From Eledone cirrhosa (taxonomy: Eukaryota): 64,000 bases of DNA. Every line of letters starts with the position of its first letter. Position 1 is the first letter of the stretch. Positions 13,638-24,630 of the stretch are shown here, one piece after another. Position numbers and translations under genes: made by a program. Below the pieces are notes generated by a model. It saw nothing but the letters and a program-made list of their open reading frames with translations. It did no database searches and was not told the origin of the DNA. The stretch spans positions 34,224,001 to 34,288,000 of the forward strand of contig OZ024753.1 of NCBI GenBank assembly GCA_964016885.1. Direction: 5' to 3'.

Positions 13638-13828
13638 ATAGTTTCTGGAGATTTCTCTATTCTAATAAATGGAAAGATTGCTGTATGATTCGTGTGAAAC
13701 CTGGTCATTTGCATTCTGATTTAATCTCATCACTAATTGATTTGCTGGCAAGTAAAGAAATAACAAGCCACAAAACTGTTAACTTTCTTAAAATTAAACC
13801 GAATAACATTTTTCAACAGAGAGAACAG
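13638..13828 (+). CDS. Uncharacterised protein, coding exon 2
   Basis: CTACACAG|AT acceptor, (D)SFWRFLYSNKWKDCCMIRVKPG...QQREQ, CAG|GTAGGC donor; 191 nt, phase 1/0 matches neighbours. Confidence 0.8.
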
Positions 13829-14034
13829 GTAGGCCCTGTACTTATGTTTCCGTTCCTAACCCCTTGATGCTATATTATTTTGGCATCACTAGATTGATAT
13901 CCCTTTTAATATCAAACCACTCCTGGTTGTACAATACAATATATATAGACCTAAGGTTGGGTACAAATGAAAGAAAAGAGCAATCAATGCCTGATGTGGA
14001 AGTTTAGAATATTTATATTAACAGGACATTGACC

Positions 14035-14320
14035 CCTGGCGTCACGCAGTAATACAGAAGACCCGAAGCTGAAGGATATAGACAAAAAAGCACTCGGCCC
14101 ACACTGTAAAGTGGTCATGTAAGCACCACGGAAAAAAAGCACCCAGCACTCACTGTAAATGAGGTTGGTGTTAGGAAGGGCATCCAGCTGTAGAAATCAA
14201 ACCAAAATCAGTTCCCGTATGAGCAAGACAAGGTCACCTGACCTGACATTGCCCACAACAGGACAACTCGCCTAACCCATGCTAGCGTAGACGTAATAAT
14301 GGACGTAAAACGGTGATGAA
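14035..14320 (+). mobile_element. RTE LINE 3' UTR fragment
   Basis: aaaaagcacccagcactcactgtaaatgaggttggtgttaggaagggcatccagc...aacccatgctagc, shared with 26690-26926. Confidence 0.8.
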
Positions 14321-14367
14321 GATATTAACATCATCTTGACTTCCCAAAATTACTCTGTATTTCATAA

Positions 14368-14555
14368 TTGTTTCTATTTTTGGCACAAGGCCAACAATTA
14401 TCCCAGTGTATTACTGGTATTTTATTTTATCGACCCCGTAAGGATGAAAGGCAAAGTTAACCTTGGCGGGATTTGAACTCAGAATGGCAAGGGCCGTAAC
14501 TCTGTGTCAAAGCATGGCGTCCGACCCTCTACCAATACTGGCAATCCAGTACCCT
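14368..14555 (-). mobile_element. Same SINE family, minus strand
   Basis: Reverse complement of the 17251 element; TSD-like tgtatttcataat on both sides. Confidence 0.85.
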
Positions 14556-14707
14556 CTATGTATTTCATAATACTACATAATCTATGCTACTTTATTCTTT
14601 CCAAAAAATCTATATTTTTTTCAATTGTAAAAATAAGTCCCCTGCATCTTTGGTTAATCTTTGTTATTTTAATAATTTTCTTTATAAATCTTTTGTTTTT
14701 ACTTCAG

Positions 14708-15572
14708 AAACATGGAACAATACATCTAGAATTTACATATTATGGCAAAGATTACTTTTTCATCCCAAAATGTGCATCAACATCTGCAATGCCTGACATT
14801 AAATTGAAGAAAAGAAAGAAAAGCTTTGTAACTTCTAGAACTAGAGAGCAGAGCAAAGATTTTAGATCAAAAGAACAATCAATCATGATGGGCACACTTT
14901 CAGAACATGATAAAATCAACTCAGTCAAACTGATTAATGCTAATCTTGAACTGTTTCAGTGTACAGAGCCAGTTTGCCCAACAGATATTCTAAACACTGA
15001 TGATATTTTAGAGGAATCATTAGCACAACACATTTTATCTACTTATAATTTGCCCATGAGTAACCAAAAGGCTTCTAGGTATGAAATGTTATCACAAAAA
15101 AATGAGTCATCTTTCTGGTTGTCCATGAAAAACCGATTAAATTCTAGGACTGACTCATTACTGAATCATTCCCTGTTGCCTGTGAACAAGCCATTTATTT
15201 CTAAGAATAAAAGGTTTGTACCAGGCGCCAAGTCAGCTTTCCTGTTGTCTGAAATAAACCGATCAATGTCTGGGTGTGATTCACCAATGCCAAGCATCAA
15301 GTCAGCTCCTCTGAGTCCTAGAAAACATTCGTTAGCACCAAACAGCAAATCAATTCTTTGGATGAAAAAAGGATTGGTTCCCAAATCAGATTTATTAATG
15401 CTAAACAACAAATTTGCATCTTCTAGGGCTTCAAAAAGTATGCTAAAATCATGGCACTCAAAAGACACGGATAGCGATGTACATGAAGGAGAGGAAGATG
15501 ATGATGAAGAAGACATAGAGGAAACATATTTACAACCAATAAATCCCAATAATATTTCTTTTGAAGTTGTAG
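14708..15572 (+). CDS. Uncharacterised protein, coding exon 3
   Basis: CTTCAG|AAA acceptor; 865-nt open exon KHGTIHLEFTYYG...EEDDDEEDIEE...FEVV-G; G|GTTTGT donor, phase 0/1. Confidence 0.85.
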
Positions 15573-15595
15573 GTTTGTGAAAATTATTTCTTTCT

Positions 15596-15815
15596 TTAAC
15601 CCTTTAGCATTTACATTACTCTATATATATTACTATATTTTCGTGGTAAAGGCTTTACCTCACATAATTATCTCAAATAATATTGAATCTATAAAATTTT
15701 GATATTATTTATTTTGAGAACAATACCTTAACATCAGTATCAGCAGCCGGTTATGGCTGGTTTGAACAGAAAAGGGTGAGAGAATGCTGACCGGTTTAAA
15801 TGCTTAAAGGGTTAA
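15596..15815. mobile_element. piggyBac-type MITE (copy 3, reverse orientation)
   Basis: TTAA-CCCTTTAGCATTTA...TAAATGCTTAAAGGG-TTAA. Confidence 0.88.
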
Positions 15816-15961
15816 TACTATTTACCTCCATTTTTTTTTTTCAGATTGTATCTATATCATAAAACCACCCCCCACCACTACTACTACTTTCACCTTACAG
15901 TGTGGGCTGGGTGCTTTTTGTCCTGATCACTTTGTTTAATATAATCTCTTTTCTTTTCCAG

Positions 15962-16289
15962 GAAATCTGCTTGAACAAGAAGATAAACAAAGATCTGTTG
16001 GCTATCAAGTACGATTGTCTAAACTTTTCTTTAGTGATAAACTCATTCATAAAACCCGTAACATGTTAAAAATGCCAAACGTGACCAGTAGGCTGAAAGA
16101 TGCTCCAACAAAATTTGGAAACCAAATTAAAAGTAAATTAGAACCTACACGTTGGGATTTCCGCTTGAACTATAATAAAAGTTGGAGCAAATTTTCCGCA
16201 AAGGTTTTGGCTATTACAGACAGTCAAGAACTTCTTCGTGTTTTACTCAATCTAAAAACACATCCCAAAACTAAACAGCCAAAGAAAAG
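15962..16289 (+). CDS. Uncharacterised protein, coding exon 4
   Basis: CTTTTCCAG|GA acceptor; (G)NLLEQEDKQRSVGYQVRLSKLFF...KTKQPKK; AG|GTGAGT donor; 328 nt, phase 1/2. Confidence 0.85.
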
Positions 16290-17123
16290 GTGAGTGAATA
16301 TATTTTAACACCTAATTTTTATTTTTTTATATATATATATATATATATCATCGTTTAACGTGTCTTCCACGCTAGCATGGGTTAGACAGGTTTGTCTCAT
16401 TTAGAGGCAAGTTGGGTTCATTGACCATATATTGCTCATATATGACTGTTTCTGGCTGGTTTTCTACAACTGGATGACCTTCCTAACGTCAACCACATAA
16501 ATATATGTAAAGTGGTCGTTTAAGTGTCATGACAAAAAGCACCCAGTCCACACAGTAAAGTGGTCGTGTAAGCACCACGATAAAAAGCACCCAGTACTCA
16601 CTGTAAATGAGTTTGGCATCCAGCTGAATGTTTTTAACTTTTGCTCCATTGAGTGCTTTGTGATTGCCTCAAACAAATCAAATAGTACTTGCTGTGCAAC
16701 TGCGAAAACTTTGATTTATACCTATTATATATATATATGTTTAAATTTGGTGGTTCACCACTAGGTCATTCTGCAATGTTAACCAGGATGTAATAGTAGG
16801 AAAGCACTCAACATTACACAACTCATCCACCTGTGATGTTGAATCCTGCTGAAGCCTTAGCTTGACCAGAATAGAATACCATTCTCTGTAACCAGATATT
16901 CTTCACCCTTTCACTTCCTAGCTTGTGTCCAAATGAGAGGTAGTAGCAACTCACTCAATAAGCACTACAGCCCTGCATAACAAACTAACAAGAAAAATTT
17001 GATGAGAATAGCCACTCAGAGACAATGAGCCCAAAACAAACATTTTTTCTTTGCTTTTTTTCCTTAAAGCGTCTTGGAATGTGTTTACCATCATTCCTTT
17101 AGTATATGACCATTATGCAAGAT

Positions 17124-17181
17124 ACACCTGATGATGTCACCAGGTTCAGACGCAACCTGGCCACTGAAATGTGCATAGTGT
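17124..17181 (+). ncRNA. Candidate minimal type I hammerhead ribozyme
   Basis: ACAC-CTGATGA-[stem II CCAGGTT/AACCTGG]-GAA-ATGTGCAT-A-GTGT: core boxes, near-palindromic stem III and stem I pairing all present. Confidence 0.6.
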
Positions 17182-17250
17182 TTGCAGGAATTCAACCTGT
17201 CCAGCCTCCTAACATTTTACTTTATAGTATATATATATATATATATATAT

Positions 17251-17436
17251 AGGCGGTGGATTGGCAGTATCAGTAGAGGGTCGGACGCCATGCTTTCAAG
17301 CATAGTTACGTCCCTTTACGATCTGAGTTCAAATCCCGCCGAGGTTGACTTTGCCTTTCATCCTTACGGGGTCGATAAAATAAAGTACCAGTAATGCACT
17401 GGGTAATTGCTGGCCTTGTGCCTAAAGTAGAAACAA
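17251..17436 (+). mobile_element. tRNA-derived SINE with a Nin/Deu-like core
   Basis: A-box-like TGGCAGTATCAG, B box GAGTTCAAATCC, core GCCTTTCATCCTTACGGGGTCGATAAAATAAAGTACCAG; flanked by agtatatata repeats. Confidence 0.85.
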
Positions 17437-17437
17437 G

Positions 17438-17471
<34 letters not shown>

Positions 17472-17504
17472 TACATTCATTTAACTCTTCATTTGCTTCT
17501 GCAG

Positions 17505-17835
17505 ACACCAAGTTCAATCAACGAAGGACCATGAATTGCAGGCAGTAACTAAGAAGGAATTGAACACTCTTTTCAATGACGGCCTGGAATACATACCTAA
17601 CAGTCGACGAGAGGTTTACAAGAGCAAAGCAAGTGAAACAACTAATGTTTATCAATCAAATTTTCTGTCGACCGAAATGGATGTTACTAAATTTAAGATG
17701 AACAAAGAAAAGGTACTAGAATCTCTGAAACACTTTGTTGTCCGACAAGAGCTACTGAGTCTCAGCAATACATTAACCTCTGTTAGATCTCTAGTTTTCA
17801 TTCGACCATCTCTTTTCACGAAAGTGTACTTCTGA
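17505..17835 (+). CDS. Uncharacterised protein, last coding exon
   Basis: TTCTGCAG|A acceptor; (R)HQVQSTKDHELQAVTKKEL...SLFTKVYF*; total spliced CDS 1908 nt = 635 aa + stop. Confidence 0.85.
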
Positions 17836-17879
17836 TGAATGATAGAACACAAATGGTTAGATACACACAAACGCACATA

Positions 17880-17968
17880 CATATATATAACACGTATATA
17901 TATAACTGCTAAATACACCATATTTACATATATATATATATATATATAACTGCTAAATACACCATATT

Positions 17969-18002
<34 letters not shown>

Positions 18003-18410
18003 ACTGCTAAATACACCATATTTACATACATATATATATATAACTGCTAAATAGACCATCTTATACATACATATATATATATATAACTGCTAAATAGACC
18101 ATCTTATACATACATATATATATATATATAAAACTGTTAAATACACCATCTTATACATACATATATATATATAACTGCTAAATACACCATATTATACATA
18201 CATATATATATATATAACTGCTAAATACACAATCTTATACATACATATATATATAACTGCTAAATACACCAGATTATACATACATATATATATATATATA
18301 AAACTGTTAAATACACCATCTTATACATTCACACATATATATAACTGCTAAATACACCATCTTATACACATATATCTATGTGTGTATAAGATGGTGTATT
18401 TAGCAGGTAT
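17880..18410. repeat. Minisatellite (AACTGCTAAATACACCATMTTATACATACA + variable (TA)n) with a final inverted copy
   Basis: About 12 units; tgtataagatggtgtatttagcag at about 18383-18406 is the reverse complement of the unit. Confidence 0.9.
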
Positions 18411-18720
18411 GTGAGTATATGAATGCATGGTCTTTGTTAAATATATATGTACATACAGAAAAAAAGGAAAGGAAATTGGGGTAGAAATGCATTTTATCAC
18501 ACACACACACTATATATATGTGAAGGGCCTATCATATCTGACTGCCAACTCCAAAAAAGTTTCAGCCCTCTTGAATTTTAAAAGGAACCCTCTCTAACCA
18601 TGCAACCCCAAGGTGGTTCTACTTTGCAAAACTTCTCTACAAAGCCTGACATTTCAGCACTTTTCATATTCTAAAACATTTTTCAGTATGCTTGTGTCTA
18701 TCTATACATTATGTTCAAAT

Positions 18721-18726
18721 AATAAA
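18721..18726 (+). terminator. Candidate polyadenylation signal of the plus-strand gene
   Basis: AATAAA followed by a T/GT-rich tract, about 890 nt after the stop codon. Confidence 0.4.
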
Positions 18727-21422
18727 TATATTTAAGTTTTTGTTATTTTATTTATATATGTGTATAAGCGAGAATAATATGACAGTTAGCTGAAAAGTTC
18801 ATAGGCTGGCATAGACCCACCCAGTACACTCTGTAAACTTGTAATGCTAATGCCACTATAAAATGCATGCAGTACATTCTATAATGTGGTTGGCATCCAA
18901 CTGTAGAATATTTTCCTGACAAGTTAAAGACGTAAAATGGTGATCTATGTATTTTCATCATTATATTTCTATTTTCCATGCTTGCATAGGCTAGAGAGGT
19001 GGAAAGATTTTGTCACTTGACAGATCAGATGACCACAGCTTGCTTATACATTCTGCCTTTGTCTGGATGCCCTTTCTAATACCAACCACTTAACAGCACA
19101 TACTACATACTGGGTGCATTTTATCATGGCATCAGCACCACTCCTACTGCTTTACAGTGGTACTTGTCTTGACCTCTGTCACGCTGGGAAATGCACTGAT
19201 GGGAGGACAGGTTAGATGGGAAGGTACATGTTTGCCAAGGGAGGCATTAGCAGCATAAGTTCTTAAAGTTTTAGAAATTACATAACTTAAGTGAACCATG
19301 TAGAATCACCAAGAATAAGTACAGTACTGTTGCTGAGTCATGTAAACTCAAAAAGACTTTCAATGCAATGGAATTACTGAGTAGGAAAACGGCAATAAAC
19401 TAATTTTCTTGGATGTGTACAGAATGTGAATTCACAACTGTATTTCACATTCACCAGAGAATATCTGTTGAAGGTATGAATCACCACAAGTAGCAATCTA
19501 AATACAAACCAAAGAGTAATGATAATTCTATCTTCTTTTTCATTTATGTACAACTGTACAATATATAGAGTAATTATTTCCCAGAGAGAAATTGAACTAG
19601 CCAATATCACCTGTAAATAAACAGAGCCCACACTGTTAAGCAGTCGTTTTGGTGCCACAAGAAAAAGCAGCCAGCCCACATTGTAAATGTGGTTGATGTT
19701 AGGAAGGGCATCCAGCCAAAATCAGTTCTGTATGAGCAAGACATGGTCATCTCAGCTGACTTGTCTCACAACAGGACAACACACCTAACCCACACTAGCG
19801 TGGAAAAATGGATGTTAACTGGTGATTACTATGATGATGCTAATAATAGTGAAATCTCCACAGGTTACACTAGTTATAAATTGTTTTAAATAACGAAGCG
19901 AGAATAAAATGAAGCACACATTGTTGATTTTCTGTAATAATTAAAAAAATTCATTTAACACAACAGAAAACATACAAATGGATTTGAATATGATAAAAGA
20001 GACAATCAAAATGTGAAAGAAAAGCTATTAAAAGCTGGGAATTACTATTTTTTTCAAAATTTTAATCCAAATTATTAATTTGGTGAAGACTTTCTCTATT
20101 GAAAGTGTAAGATTACAAAATAAAAACCACTCAAAAATTAACTACAATTTAAGAAGCTGACTCTTGCCAACCATATCTCCAACCCCCAAAACAAATGGTG
20201 GTTAAGTATTTGGAGAAGTAACATGCTGTGAGATATAGTTGGTAGAATCATTATTTCATGTGGCCCCAGTCAGTGAGGACCAGCTCCATATAGCAGATTA
20301 TATGTAACTGTAAAGGAATGAGGGCAAACTGATGTTTTACCTGATGAAACTGATTTCATAAACTATTTACAAAACACACTAAAACTAAGGCAAGATCTTT
20401 TTGTTTTTCAACGAAAACTCAATAAGATTGTTTATTTAAAAGGGGGCAAAATAAATGATGGTAAGACACTTATCTTAAATATATATATATATATATGTAA
20501 AAAAAAAAAAAGTTTTATGATTAAGAAAATGAATGACTAAAAATTAGTTTAAAAGGGAATAAAAATCAATGAAAAATATCCATTGTTTTTGCATATGAAG
20601 AATTTTTTTTTTAATCTGAAGTTCTGTTCAAGTTAGTTTTTGAAGAAATATTTTCACACTGCTCAGCTGAATCTGCATTACATGAAAGGTCTCATTCTGA
20701 GGCATCTCAATGTTTTAAGAATTGTTTGTTTATTATGTGAATGGTTTCAATGGTGGGTATTTTCTTTCTTTTTTTTTTATGAATGGAGAGTTGGGAGAGG
20801 AAGAATGGGATATTCATGGCACTGTCTCCATGACAGTGATAAGGGGGAAGGGAGAGGAAATTCTGCGACCTAACAATGTTATATACATTGGCAACAGCAG
20901 TGACAATAACAACAGCAGTATTGTGTGACTGCAGTCAAGTGGTTAGTTAAAGAATTAAAGGGAGAAGATAGACTGTTAGAAAAAAAAGTTGGCTGTCAGT
21001 CATAACAAATGTCTGTATGAATGCTAAGGCCAAGTTGAGAATGTTGATGGCTCCAATTCAGAGTAGGTTTAAACTGCAGTTAATTATCCGAGGGCTACCA
21101 CTCTACAGCAGTTGAATGAATGAGAGAGGAAATAAATTATCAGGAGAAAAGGTAGTAATCTTATAGAGAGGAAATATGAAAAGTGAAAGAAAGAAGGGTG
21201 AAAACTTGATGCGGTTGTTAGTACTACTGTTATTTTTGATGCTGCTGCTGCTGTTGTTGTTGTTTGAGGGAGGCTGAACAAGAGAGCAATCAAACCAGCC
21301 AACATCACCTGTAATTTCACAGATGCTTATGATGTTGTCGTTTCTGCGACTGCAAGAATGAAGCCACCCCCCTAACACAGAAACTCTGTACTCCAGATTC
21401 TTGCCGCAGCATGCCAACTGAT

Positions 21423-21437
21423 TCAGTTAGTGTCCAT
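21423..21437 (-). CDS. ALYREF: ALYREF last coding exon (MDTN*), followed by a long 3' UTR
   Basis: TTTTAG|ATG GAC ACT AAC TGA; gives ...LDAYNARMDTN*, closely matching the vertebrate ALYREF C-terminus (...LDAYNARMDTS). Confidence 0.92.
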   Translation of the reverse strand: MDTN

Positions 21438-21511
21438 CTAAAATATAAAGAAATATAACATAACTAACTAACAAAAAAAAATTAATAAATAAATTAATCC
21501 CTTTAAAATTA

Positions 21512-22007
21512 AACATTTAAAAAGAACAACAAAAACAAAATGAGTGACAGAAATAGACATTAGATGATGAGTTAACATATATCAATGACACTGCTCCTGT
21601 TGCTACATGCAACCTTTTTAACTCTTTCATGACCATGAAATATAGTGTCCATATGCTTAACCCTTTAGCATTTAACCCAGCCATATCCGGCCAGAATTCT
21701 CTCACCTCTTTCTGTTCAAACCGGCCACTCATACTTATGTTAAGGTATTGTTCTCAAAATAAATAGTATCAAAACCTCATAGATTCGATATTATGTGAGA
21801 TAAAGCCTTTACAGTGAAAATACAATAGTAAATATAGAGTAATTTAAATGCTAAAGTGTTATACATTTTAAAAACAAAATAAAAGTGACAGAAATAGACA
21901 TTAGATGATGAGTAATAACATGTATCCACGAGACTCCTGTTGTTACTTGTAACCTTTTTAACTCTTTCCTGACCATGAAATATAATAGTAGTGCCCATGT
22001 GCTTAAA
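21512..22007. repeat. Diverged tandem duplication (about 145 bp x 2) in ALYREF intron 5, split by a MITE
   Basis: gtgacagaaatagacattagatgatgagt...aacctttttaactcttt..gaccatgaaatata...gcttaa at 21544-21660 and 21885-22006. Confidence 0.9.
21657..21861. mobile_element. piggyBac-type MITE (copy 4) in ALYREF intron 5
   Basis: TTAA-CCCTTTAGCATTTA...TAAATGCTAAAGTG-TTA. Confidence 0.85.
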
Positions 22008-22628
22008 CTAATTGTGAAAATTTGAACTCGGAGTATATAAATATATTGAGACAGCCAATTGGTAGTTGTAAAGGCATAGGATTAAATGTTTTGCCAGATT
22101 TTTCTTCGTTCTCTCTACTCTGAGTTCAAATTTTCATAATTAGTTCCATCACCAACACTGTTTTCCATCCAAACTTTCAGGTGACCATGCTTGCTCATAC
22201 AGACCTGATTTTGGCTTGATTTCTACAGTTGGATGCCCTTCCTAACACCAACCTCATTTACAGTGTGGACTGGGTGCTTTTTGTTGTGACACACACATAC
22301 GACCACTTTAGGGGGGGGGGGCATACAGTCTATATGCTTCAGCTTCAACTTGTACCTGTGGGAAGTCGGGTCTTCTGTATTACTGTGTAACACCGAAGGT
22401 CTCGGTACTGTGTCATTGCCTTTGAGAGGTGCAATTGGGCAAGCATATACATATCTATATATATACACGACTTTCAAATATTGACCAAACCTTTTTATAC
22501 ATGTAAACTATTTTTTTCAATTACACACCTCGACCTTCAGTGATAATGCCGGGGAATAAACCTGAGTAAATAGTATCAACTACAATTTAGAGTGTCTAGC
22601 AAGAGTTAGAAGTAAACAAGCCACTTAC

Positions 22629-22830
22629 CCTAGCATTGTATGCATCAAGCTGTGCATCCAATTCTTCAGCTGTTGGTGTTTTTCGAGTCTGACCTCCACG
22701 ACCTCGACCTCCTCTTCCCCGGCCTCTTCCTCGTATGTTCCCACTGCCACCTCCACCGCCGCCGCCACCACCACCACCACCACCGCCGCCGCCACCACCA
22801 CCACCAAGCCCACCCCCTCCTGAATTGTAT
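22629..22830 (-). CDS. ALYREF: ALYREF coding exon 5 (poly-Gly/RGG and REF-C motif)
   Basis: TTTTGTAG|A acceptor; YNSGGGGL-G20-SGNIRGRGRGRGGRGRGGQTRKTPTAEELDAQLDAYNAR; AGG|GTAAGT donor; 202 nt, phase 2/0. Confidence 0.97.
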
Positions 22831-22959
22831 CTACAAAACAAAAGGAACCATTTAAAAAAACATTATTACAAGATAACATTCAGCAAAACTTTAATCAAGA
22901 TGTCCCAAATCCTATCCAATATTTACATTTCTTTCAATCTTTTACTGATTTCAGTCAGG

Positions 22960-23270
22960 CTGTGGCCATGCTACGGCACCATTTCGAAGGGATTTAGCTG
23001 ATTATATCACAATAAGTACTTATTGTATCCATTTCTTTTTACCGAGTTGCTAAGTTACAGGACAAACAAACAGTAAATGGAAAACATGAATACAGGCACA
23101 CATATAACAATGGACTTCTACACAGTTTCAGCCTTCCAAGTTTCACTCACAAGGTATTTTATCAACTCAAGGTTATAATAGAAGACTCTCGCCCAAGGTG
23201 GCATGCAGTGAGATTGAACCCCAAAAATGTGGTGGCAAAATCATTAACTCCACAGCCATGTCAGTACCTA
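22960..23270 (-). mobile_element. Third, older SINE-like family (related pieces at about 25200-25510, 34450-34710, 41790-41900)
   Basis: Recurrent ttctacacagtttc...tttcactcacaagg...ccaaggtg.catgcagtg.gattgaaccc (B box, reverse complement). Confidence 0.55.
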
Positions 23271-23559
23271 TTTAATAAACTCTTAAATTCCATAATCAAA
23301 ATGAAGTACTATATATATGTTCGAATATAAGCCGATCCCTCCCCAATTTTATGTCTGAGAAATGGGGCAAAATTCCAAACCCTATTTATAAACTGAGACA
23401 GCTAACCAACACGCTGTTTAGATGGCACATATAAGTCGAGCCCCACCACTCAATTTTACCATCGATTTTTGGGTCACATATTCCTCAGCTTATGTTTGAG
23501 TATACACGATAATAATTGAAATCTACAGAACTTAAAAGCAGAAATCAAACAATACTTAC

Positions 23560-23650
23560 GGCGGTCTTCGATTCGATAAACCACTAATTCCCAATCTGTT
23601 AGGGCCTTCTGATGTTGTTGCACCCACTAATTGGATATTCATGGCTCGAC
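23560..23650 (-). CDS. ALYREF: ALYREF coding exon 4 (end of RRM, linker)
   Basis: TTCTCCAG|GT acceptor; (G)RAMNIQLVGATTSEGPNRLGISGLSNRRP; CC|GTAAGT donor; 91 nt, phase 1/2. Confidence 0.95.
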
Positions 23651-24218
23651 CTGGAGAAAAACAAAACAAAAACATTGAAGAAAAACAACACCATCATCTA
23701 ACATCCATTTTTCATGCTTGCAGTGTCAGATAGGTTATCAATGTTCTGAGACTATACAAGTCAGATGACTGCAGCTCATATACATAAGAATGTCAATGTC
23801 AATATCAATATCATCACTACCATTTATTTTCCATGCTTACATGGATTGGATGGATTGTCATGTTCTGAGACTAAACTTGTATACGGATTATAAAGTGGAC
23901 TGATGACAAGTCTATCAGCTCTTGAGTGTACTGGGTGCAATTTATCATGGCACCACTAGAGGTTATGGCCTTGGTGTGACTGAAGAAACCTCTTTACCCA
24001 TTTTGTCATTTCTATAACTAGTTGTCATACTAATGTTAACTTTAGTGTACATTTTATCATGGTACAAACACTATAGAGATTGTCATGTTTTTGATGTGAC
24101 TGAAGAGGCCTCTTTAGTCCTAAGTATTTTACAGAGTGTACCGAGTGCCTTTTTATATTGGTTAAATAAATGTTCTTCAAACGTAATTTGTATTTCATGT
24201 GTCATTATTTGATTTGAA

Positions 24219-24420
24219 AAGGTGGAGGATTGGCAATATTGGTAAAGCGTCGGGTATGCTTTGCAGCATATCGTTACGCCTCTTTACACTCGTTCAAATC
24301 CTGCCTTTCATTCTTACAGGGTCAATAAAATAAATCACCAGAAACGCTACACCGGGGTCGATTTAATCAACTTTCCCACCCCCCAAAATTGTTGGTTTTG
24401 TGCCTAAATCAGAAACCATT
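24219..24420 (+). mobile_element. Related SINE in ALYREF intron 3
   Basis: Same head/core; TSD-like cattatttgat on both sides. Confidence 0.75.
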
Positions 24421-24482
24421 ATTTGATCTGACAGCATACCTGCCCAAATTAAAAATGAATATAGAAATAATAAGATAAATAC

Positions 24483-24630
24483 CATCCAATGGCACATTGT
24501 TGTACTGTTTCATAGCTTTGATAGCATCAGTTCGTCTTTCATAAATAACTTCAGCAGTACCTAATGATCGACCAGAACGATCATAATGAACGGCAGCTTT
24601 CTTAAGAGGACCAAATTCTGCAAATAATTC
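24483..24630 (-). CDS. ALYREF: ALYREF coding exon 3 (RRM core)
   Basis: TTGTAG|GAA acceptor; [50 protein letters not shown]; 148 nt, phase 0/1; not in the ORF track. Confidence 0.97.

Noticed and set aside
14504-14707. N-terminal hydrophobic part of the 358-aa ORF (apparent transmembrane segment)
   Set aside because: Starts inside a SINE and runs through the T-rich intron end; the exon begins at the acceptor at 14708
17880-18370. Repeat-spacer periodicity resembling a CRISPR array
   Set aside because: The spacers are only variable (TA)n, there are no cas genes and the context is eukaryotic; it is a minisatellite
22640-23001. Poly-Pro and poly-His ORFs on the plus strand
   Set aside because: Antisense shadows of the ALYREF poly-Gly exon
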